Source of the DNA: Hypanus sabinus
Lineage: Eukaryota
Length of the DNA stretch: 64,000 nucleotides
Reading direction: 5' to 3'
Assembly: GCF_030144855.1 (NCBI RefSeq)
Contig: NC_082712.1
Span: 29,636,001-29,700,000 of the forward strand
In this document: piece by piece, positions 55,291-64,000 of the stretch
Layout of the letters: every line of letters begins with the position of its first letter
How positions within the stretch are numbered: position 1 is the stretch's first letter
Notes under the pieces: model-generated
The model's database searches: none
Told to the model about the DNA's origin: nothing
The model's input: the letters and a program-made list of their open reading frames with translations, nothing else
Position numbers and translations under genes: made by a program

Positions 55291-56025
55291 GATTCTCATG
55301 CATTGTTCCCATTGATTCTCTGCCCTACCCCCTTCCCTTTATTCTGTGGTCCGCTGTTCTCATCTTTCATTCTAAATTTCTTCAGTTTGAAGTTGGTGAA
55401 TCTGTGGAATTCTTTGCCACAGGCAGCTCTGGAGGCCAAGTCGTTGGGTATATTTGAGACAAAAGTTGATAGATTCTTGATTAGTCAGGGCATAAAGGGT
55501 TATGGGGAAAAGGCAGGAGATTAGGGCTGAGAGGAAAATGGCAGAGTAGACTTGATAAGCCAAATGGCCTATTTCTGATCCTTTATTTATGGTCTTATGT
55601 CTTTCAGATTCCAACTCCAGCCATTTGTTACTTCTGCCTTCTTACATCAATCCTATTCTTCTCCCTCCCTTGCTGACCTATCAAAATTCCCTCCCCCAAC
55701 AACCACTCTTGGTCCACCCCTTTCTACCCCTGTCCAACTTTTTTAAAATCGGCTTTTTTCCCTCCTATCCAGTCTTGATGAAGGGTATTGGGTTGGCTTG
55801 TGGAATTGTTATTTTTTTCTTGTAGTTCAACTTTCTTATACTTGTTTGTATTTTTTAGTCTACATAATTTTTATATATACACACAAATATTTCATTGAGT
55901 TTCTCATGGATGCAGTTGCCTCTGTATATTTCGGAAACTTCTTGGTTTCAGTGGCAAGTGTAGTATTACTTGATAGGGGCTACCTTATTAGTTAAGCAAT
56001 GTAATTTCAATGGAAACTGGAGAAA

Positions 56026-56240
56026 TTCTGCAGATGCTGGAAGTCCATGCAGCACACACATAATGCAGAAGGAATTCAGCAGACCAGGCAGCATCTATGG
56101 AAAAGAATGCAGTTGACATTTTGGGCTGAGACCCTTCAACAGGACTTGTCTCAGCCTGAAACATTGACTGTACTCTTTTCCATTGATGCTACCTGGCCTG
56201 CTGGTTTCCTCCAGCATTTTGTTTCTGTTGCTCGAATTTC
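56026..56240. repeat. Fold-back Penelope-derived inverted repeat
   Basis: Arms 56049-56132 and 56148-56231 are imperfect reverse complements around a 15-nt loop. Confidence 0.85.
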
Positions 56241-56679
56241 AGTGGAATGTATGTTATCATTAGTCTGGTGTAAGAAGACCATGTTGCCTTTCTCTTTGGT
56301 TTGCTCTCTTCCTTTCTTTCTCAAAATGCTTCCTCACTACTATGCTCTTGTAACACTTAATAAGATGATCATAAGCAATAAGATTTATCCCTCATTCTTG
56401 AACTCCGAAGGACCTTGGATCGCAAAAACATCAGGATCCAATGAGGGTCTCAACCTAGAACGTCAACTGTTCAATTTCTCTCCATGGATGTTACCTGAGT
56501 TCCTCCAGTGCCTTTGATGACAATGTTAATGTTTTCCATAGTATACAGAGAGCTACAAGAGGGGACTGGCTAGAATGAATAAAGGAAGTGGAACGTTGAG
56601 ACAGTCAGCTGCATGTCTACAGTTAGTGATGAATACATCTAGAGAGGGTAAGGGGGGAGTGGGACAAGTTCAGGTGAAT

Positions 56680-59377
56680 CAGAGGGGGTGGGGTGGCCCT
56701 GTTGGTGAGGAATGAGATTCAGTCCTTTGCAAGGGGGGACATAGGGTCAGGAGGAGTGGAATCTGTGTGGATAGAACTGAGGAACAGTAAGGGCAAAAGG
56801 ACCCAAATGGGTCTTGTCTACAGGCCACCAAACAGTAGCATGGATATTGGGTGCAAGTTGAATAGGGAGTTAACAGTGGCATGTGGCAAAGGTAATGTCG
56901 CAGTAGTTATGGGGGATTTCAACATGCAGGTGAACATGCAGGTTGGTGCTGGACCACAGGATAGGGAGTTTGTAGAGTGCCTACTGGATGCATTTTTGGA
57001 ACAGCTTGTACGAGAGCCGACCAGGGACAAGACTTTTCTGGATTTAGTGTTATGTAATGAATAGGGTTTGATAAGCGATCTCGCAGTAAAGGAGCCATTA
57101 GGAGGTAGTGATCACAATATGATAAGCTTTTATCTGCAATTTGAGAAGGATAAGGGCAGCTCGGAGGTGTCAGTGTTGCAGATGAACAGGGGAAACTATG
57201 GAGGCATGAGGGAGGAGCTGGCCAAAGTTGACTGGACAGATAGCCTAGCAGAAAAGACAGTGGAACAGAAATGGCAGGTGTTCTTGGGAATAATGCACAA
57301 GGTGCAAAATCAGTTCATCCCCCAGAGAAGGAAGGATTCAAAGGGGGGGAAAGGGGCCACAGTGGTTAACAAAGTAAGTCAGAGATGGCATAGCATTAAA
57401 AAAAAGGAAGTATGACAAAGCTAAGGTGAGTGGGAGGACAGATGATTGGGAAGTTTTTAAGGAACAGAGCTTAACTAAAAAGACAATACGGGGAGAAAAA
57501 ATGAGGTACGAACGCAAGCTAGCCAGAAATATAAAGGAAGATAGCAAAAGCTTTTTTAGGTATGTGAAGAGAAAGAAGATAGTTAAGAACAATGTTGGGC
57601 CCTTGAAGAATGAATTGGGTGAAATTATTATGGGAAACAGAGAAATGGCAGAAGAATTTAATGAGTACTTTAGATCTGTTTTCACTAAGGAAGACACAAG
57701 CAATCTTCCAGTTGTATGGATGGGCCAAGGACATAGGGTAACAGAGGAAATGAAACAGATTGACATTCGGAAGGAAACGGTGATGAGAAGACTGATGGGA
57801 CTGAAGGCTGACAAATCCCCAGGTCCAGATGGTCTGCACCCTAGGGTACTAAAGGATGTGGCTCTGGAAATTGCGGATGCATTGGTAATCATTTTCCAAT
57901 GTTCCTTAGATTCAGGATCAGTTCCTGAGGATTGGAGAATGGCTGATGTTATCCCACTTTTTAAAAAAGGAGGGAGGGAGAAAACAGAGAACTGTCGACC
58001 TGTCAGCCTGACATCGGTGGTGGGAAAGATGCTAGAGTCCATTATTAAGGATGAAATAGTGGGATATCTAGATAGCAGTGATAGGATTGGGCCGAGCCAG
58101 CATGGATTTACCAAGGGTAAATCATGCTTGACTAATCTGTTGGAGTTTTTCGAGGATGTAACCAGGAAGTTAGACGGGGGAGATCCAGTGGATGTAGTGT
58201 ACCTCGATTTTCAGAAGGCATTTGATAAGGTCCCACATAGAAGATTGGTGGGTAAAATCAAAGCTCAGGGGGGAAGGCATTGACATGGATAGAAAAACTG
58301 GTTGGCAGATAGAAAGCAAAGGGTAGCGGTGAATGGGTGTTTCTCGGAATGGCAGGTGGTGACTAGTGGGGTGCCACAGGGTTCGGTATTGGGACCACAG
58401 CTGTTTACCATTTATGTTAACGATTTGGATGAGGGAATAAAAAATAACATCAGTAAATTTACTGATGATACTAAGCTGGGTGGCAGTGTGACATGTGATG
58501 AAGATGTTAGGAGAATTCAGGGTGACTTGGATAGGCTGGGTGAGTGGGCAGATACTTGGCAGATGGCGTTTAATGTGAATAAGTGTGAGGTTATCCACTT
58601 TGGGAGTAAGAACAGGAAGGCAGATTATTATCTGAATGGTGTAGAGTTGGTTAAGGGAGAAATACAAAGAGATCTCGGAGTCCTTGTTCATCAGTTACTG
58701 AAGGTGAATGAGCAGGTGCAGCAGACAGTGAAGAAGGCTAATGGAATGTTGGCCTTTATTACAAAGGGAATTGAGTACAAGAGCAAGGAAATCCTCTTGC
58801 ATTTGTACAGAGCCCTGGTGAGACCACACCTGGAGTATTGTGTACAGTTTTGGTCTCCAGGGTTAAGGAAGGACATCCTGGCTGTAGAGGAAATGCAGCG
58901 TAGATTCACGAGGTTATTTCCTGGGATGTCTGGACTGTCTTACGCAGAAAGGTTAGAGAGACTGGGCTTGTACACGCTGGAATTAAGGAGATTGAGAGGG
59001 GATCTGATTGAAACATATAAGATTATTAAGGGATTGGACAAGATAGAGGCAGGAAAAATGTTCCAGATGCTGGGAGAGTCCAGTACCAGAGGGCGTGGTT
59101 TGAGAATAAGGGGTAGGTCATTTAGGACAGAGATAAGGAAAAACTTCTTCTCCCAGAGAGCTTTGGGGGTCTGGAATGCACTGCCTCGGAAGGTAGTGGA
59201 GGCCAATTCTCTGGATGTTTTCAAGAAAGAGGAATCTTATGGATAGAGGAATCAAGGGATATGTGGACAAGGCAGGAACAGGGTGTTGATAGTAATTGAT
59301 CAGCCATGATCTTAAAATGGCAGTGCAGGCTCAAGGGGCCGAATGGTCTACTTCTGCACCTATTGTCTATTGTCTAT
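56680..59377 (+). mobile_element. CR1 LINE, near-complete ORF2 with few lesions
   Basis: Endonuclease (YRPPN, MGDFN, SDHN) and RT (QHGF, YLDFQKAFD, GVPQGSVLGP, FTDD) across four consecutive ORFs; (ctattgt)n tail. Confidence 0.95.
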
Positions 59378-59909
59378 AACATGGCAGAGTTCACAGTCTG
59401 GGATCTAGACTCCATACCAAAGAAATCGGCATGGCTATGTATGTTGCAGAAGAAGACATCATGGCACATTTAGGAGTTCACTGGGATAGGGATTGGAGGG
59501 AGGTACGCAGCTGAGATCTTTGTGGAGATGTAGTGCTCAATCAAAAGGAATAGTGAAAATGTGGTGCTTGCAGTGTTCTTTTAAGTTTCCTAAGTGACTG
59601 CAGTCATGGCATTTCTATTTTCCAGCTTTGAAACCTTGAATTATTTTATAAAAGGCACCATATTAATTGAGTAGTTTGTTTTAATCAGGTGAAAAATACA
59701 TTTCATTTTAACTCTTACCCTGACTAAATTATCTTACAGAGTTGTAAATTACTTGTGTTGGTTGTACATAGCACTGATATGTGTTATTGGAAAACTTCAA
59801 ATTAATAGACCAAACTTTTAAATGTATTGTTAAGCCTGAGACTTCATAGTCTTAACATATTTGTCTGGCTTATAAAATTAAACTGCTTCAACATTCTTGG
59901 TTTAACTGA

Positions 59910-60134
<225 letters not shown>

Positions 60135-60899
60135 TAATCTTTGTATATTCTGTGAGTGAATAGAATGTGACTTCATAAATCATAGTTCTGAAATTCAAAA
60201 ATATTGGAAATGTACAGTGGGTGTGAGGTCACAGTAGTGGAGGAACAGGTGTTACAGACAAACAGACAGACATACTTTATCGATCCCGAGGGAAACTGGG
60301 TTTCATTACAGTCGCACCAACCAAGAACAGTGTGGAAATACAGCAATATAAAACCATAAATAATTAAATAATAATAAGTAAATTATGCTAAGTGGAAACC
60401 AGTCTAGGACCAGCCTATTAGCTCAGGGTGTCTGACACTCCTAGGGAGGAGTTATAAAGTTTGATGGCCACAGGCAGGAATGACTTCCTGTGATGCTCAG
60501 TACTGCATTTTGGTGGAATGAGTCTGTGGCTGAATGTACTCCTGTGCCTAACCAATACATCATGAAGTGGATGGGAGACATGACTCAAAGCATTCAGTCA
60601 CTCTGCTTTTGGTTTTCCAATTTTCCTTGCATGATCTGAAGCTTTTTGTTGAATGCCATCTCACTCATTGCAACATATTCCTATTCTACCTGTCTGTGCT
60701 CGGTATCCTATGGTATCCCATTGAATCTCAATTTAAGCTTGAGGAATGGCATCTCATTGAGAAACCAGGCATGTTCCAGCCTTTCGACTCGATTGTGTTC
60801 AAATCCCATCTGTGTCTGATTCCCATTCTGAGCACTCTGAACTGGGAGAAGTGCCAGGGAGTTGCTGCTTCATCTGGAAGGAGTGTTTAGGTCACTGGA

Positions 60900-61650
60900 T
60901 GGTGAGAAGGGAAGAAACAAAAGGATGATATTGGTGCATCTTTGCTTGTGTGGAGACAGGGAAGGAGGGAATTGAGCCAGTCGGAGAAGCAGAGAATGAA
61001 AGTGGAGTCGGAGGCTGGAGGGTGATAGGAGGGAGAACAAAGTCTACAAGTACTGGAATCTGATAAGTAAGCATGGTGATAATGAAGGGGGAGATAATGG
61101 ACAGATGAAACTACATATGGAAAAGGATTGATTGATCGACTTAGTGATACAGCACAGAGTTGTCCCTTCAGCCATGCTGCTCCCAGCAACCTCCAGCAAA
61201 CCCGAATAACCCTAACCTAATCACAGGACAATTTACAATGGCCAACCATTGGGCCGGAAGGTTCTGTTTCCGTGCTCTATCTCTAATATGAAGAGGCATT
61301 ATGGGAAAGGGCTAAAGATGGGAAGACCAGAGGTTGATATGAAAGACAAAGAGGGGAACAAAAAAGGTAAGGGTGAGCTGAAATTGGGAATTCAGTGTTC
61401 ATACTACTGGGTTGTAGACTACCCAGGCTGATTATGAGGTATTGTTCTGGTTGTTGTTGGATCTCACCCTGGCAATGGGAAAGGCCAAGGATGGATGGGT
61501 CAGTGTGGGAATGGGGATGAGAGTTGAGGTGGCATGCACCAGGAGCTCAGGGTGGCCATTATGGAGGAAGTTTAGGTGCTCTGCGAATTGGCTGCCTAAT
61601 CTGTGCTTGGTCTCGCAGTGCAGAGAAGGCCATGTTAGGAGACTGAATGC
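60900..61650 (-). mobile_element. Penelope-like element remnant
   Basis: Minus-strand ETKHRLGSQFAEHL (GIY-YIG region) plus a purine-rich tract; interrupted by SINE/CR1 bits near 61130-61290. Confidence 0.6.
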
Positions 61651-61903
61651 AGTAGACAAGATTGGAGTAGATAGGTTAGACAAAGTGCATGAATTGAGAC
61701 TGTCTGCAACACAAAAGTATTTTTCAGTAACACAGAGAATCTGTGGATGCTAGACAGCACGTGGTTGAAGAATCAGAGAACAGCATGATCTTTTTCAGTT
61801 TCTTTACTTTTTACTGACAGTGTGAGATAAGTACAAATTACTGTTATGTGGAGTATGAAGCAAGGTGCCCAATGTAATATGTAAAATAAAAGGTTGCATG
61901 AAA

Positions 61904-63716
61904 GGACTTCTGGTTATGGCGCAGTGCTGAGCAGACATGTGTCAGAGCTCCTCCAAAAAGTTTTGAAATTACGCAACCAAACAACCTGGAATTACCTGAA
62001 CAGCTCCAGTTTGTCTGATTGGAAACTGAGTGATAGTCTAAATACCATCGAAACCAACGAAGCAGACACAAAAGTCTTCGAAATGAGACCCCACCTGTAA
62101 CCATATGGTGCAAGCTAACAACAATGCTAGTGAAGAAAAGGCAACAGATGCTAGCATGGCAACAGGCCCAAACCAAATCCTAACCGCCATTCAAACAATG
62201 AAAGATGACTTTGTGTGGAGATTTGATGGGCTATTAAACGGAGTACAAGCTGATCTGAAAGCTGTAACAGTGCACATTACAGAAGCCAAAAGTAGAATTA
62301 GCACTAATGAAGATGACATTGCCTATCTGCGTAATCAGAATACAACCATGAAAGTAAATAGGAGGCATTAGTTTTTAAAGTGGACGACTTGGAAGATCGT
62401 AGCCGCTGTTCTAACCTTCACCTGGTGGGTCTCCCGGAGAGGGCGGAAGGAGCTGATATGGTCTGTTTTTTGGAAAAATGGATCCTCGAGGTGCTTAGAA
62501 CTGTAAACTTCCTTGGGCCCCTGCTGCTTGAGAGAGCGCACAGAATTAGCAGGGCTAACGAAGTTGAAGTACAGTCGGCTAAGTGATCAAGGGTAGTGAT
62601 AATGAAGTTCTGAAACTACGCGGACAAGACCCGGGTTACGAAGGCTGCCAGACTGAAAGAACCTGTACTTTTCGATAATCAGAGAATCATGTTTTTCCCC
62701 GACATCTCTGCTGAACTCCTCAGGTGAAGGAAAGTTTTTGATTCAGTGAAGAAAGAGTTGGCCTCTCTCTCCATCCCAGACCTACGGGAAGGGGTAATTC
62801 ACCCCGCTAAACTGCTGCTGACCTACAAAATAAAACGCCACACCTTTGACAGTGCACCGGCAGCGGAGAAATCCGTGCAGGAGCTGAAGGACTACAACAT
62901 AGAGGCTGCAGGCAAGTGAGACAGTACAGCAGTTTTCTGACTTTAGCTTGTATAGGTATGTTCATAGTGCCTAAGGGGCATAAATGAATGCTAACGAATG
63001 TTAAGTGTTTTACCTACTGTATCGTTTATGCTAACAAATTTGCATCGGTTCTCATTGTCTTCAGTGGCACTGTAACTACGACCAGGTTAAATTTGAAAAA
63101 GACTCTTGGTATAATTTGGTTGTAATATTCTCTACTACTGATAACGTTGGGGCTCTGTTCTGGCTGTTGACCATGCTGTTCTTCACCATGATGACGGTGC
63201 GGGAGGACCAGTTAAGCTCCATAATTAGGCTCTCTTTCGGGGCTGTCAGGAGGTGTTCATTGTGGAGTGGGTGGGAGTATTTCAATTTGGGAAATACACT
63301 TAGTTTTGTTTACAATGTTCTAGTTACTATTTACCAGTTTTTACTCATTTTTTTGTTATGTTGTAATTTCAGTTAACAGTCATTCTAAATCAATTCACAA
63401 TTCATCAGCATGATTGAAATTATAACTAATAGCTTATGCCCTGTGAACTTCAGTTTACCTCTTGGAATGTAAGAGGATTAAATAAACTTGTCAAGTTAAA
63501 GCAAGTCATGAGTAGGATAAGACAGTTAAAAGCCAAAATAGTTTTTTTGCAGGAGACCCATTTAACCCTTGAGGATATAGTTAGAGTAAGGAGGAGATGG
63601 CCGGTACAGGTTTTCTCAGCCTCTTTCAGCTCACACTCACGAGGAGTAATTACCCTTATACATAAGTCGGTGCCTTTCTACCTTGTTAATGTAACTGAAA
63701 ACCAATCTGGCAGATA
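61904..63716 (+). mobile_element. L1-clade LINE 5' portion: 5' UTR, disrupted ORF1, start of ORF2 (AP endonuclease)
   Basis: Start ggacttctggttatggcg; ORF1 motifs DDLEDRSRCSNLHLVGLPE, LERAHR, FFPDIS, HPAKL; ORF2 at 63436 FTSWNVRGLN..IVFLQETHL..SRGV. Confidence 0.92.
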
Positions 63717-64000
63717 CAGGTGACCCCTGCTTTTTGAATGTTTGCTTTACGACAACTCGCTGTTACGAAAGACCTACATTAGTACCTGTTTTCGCTAACC
63801 AAAGAGGTTTTTCGCTTTTACGAAAAAAAGACACCTGCTTTTACGTGTGTTTACCCTGAGAAAGGCTACAATGACCGTGAAGCCTTGTGCAGGCAGTTGT
63901 TTGCGCATGCGTGTACGTGCGTACACATGTCATACGTATGTGTGTATGTATGCATGTACATGCTGATTTTTTTTCACCAAATTGATTTTGGCTGGCTGTC
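63717..64000. mobile_element. Tigger/pogo-like DNA transposon end, inserted at a TA in L1 ORF2 (runs off the window)
   Basis: The L1 frame stops at TA|caggtgacccc; repeated subterminal (tt)cgct(t)ttacga motifs follow. Only one end is visible. Confidence 0.65.

Noticed and set aside
57338-58691. Long minus-strand ORFs (258 aa and 173 aa)
   Set aside because: Antisense shadows of the CR1 ORF2.
61205-61225. Telomerase-template-like taaccctaacctaa
   Set aside because: Short match inside a SINE-like repeat fragment; no other telomerase RNA features.

Overview
Vertebrate genomic DNA, most likely a cartilaginous fish (ray or shark); this is inferred from the repeat content (CR1-dominated LINEs, V-SINE/HE1-like SINE, Penelope-derived repeats, Tc1 IR/DR elements). 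Two protein-coding genes lie head-to-head. RWDD4 is complete on the minus strand: 8 coding exons from 41981 to 31303, 187 aa, including a 3-nt microexon (CAT, His) at 32467-32469. The 5' part of TRAPPC11 is on the plus strand: probable non-coding exon 1 near 45200 and coding exons 52790-52993 and 59943-60112. The two promoters are about 3 kb apart with TE debris between them, and a 45-bp hairpin-forming minisatellite follows TRAPPC11 exon 1. Most remaining DNA is decayed, often nested transposons (CR1, Rex1/Babar, L2, L1, RTE-related, SINEs, Tc1, Tigger-like, Penelope). Many short Penelope-derived repeats carry a minimal hammerhead-ribozyme motif and often form fold-back pairs. Two orphan CpG-retaining domains (about 5.1-7.0 kb and 17.7-20.3 kb) have no recognisable gene. 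Nearly all entries in the ORF track are TE fragments or chance ORFs. Exon and TSD boundaries were read base by base; other TE boundaries are approximate. No prokaryote-type system is present.
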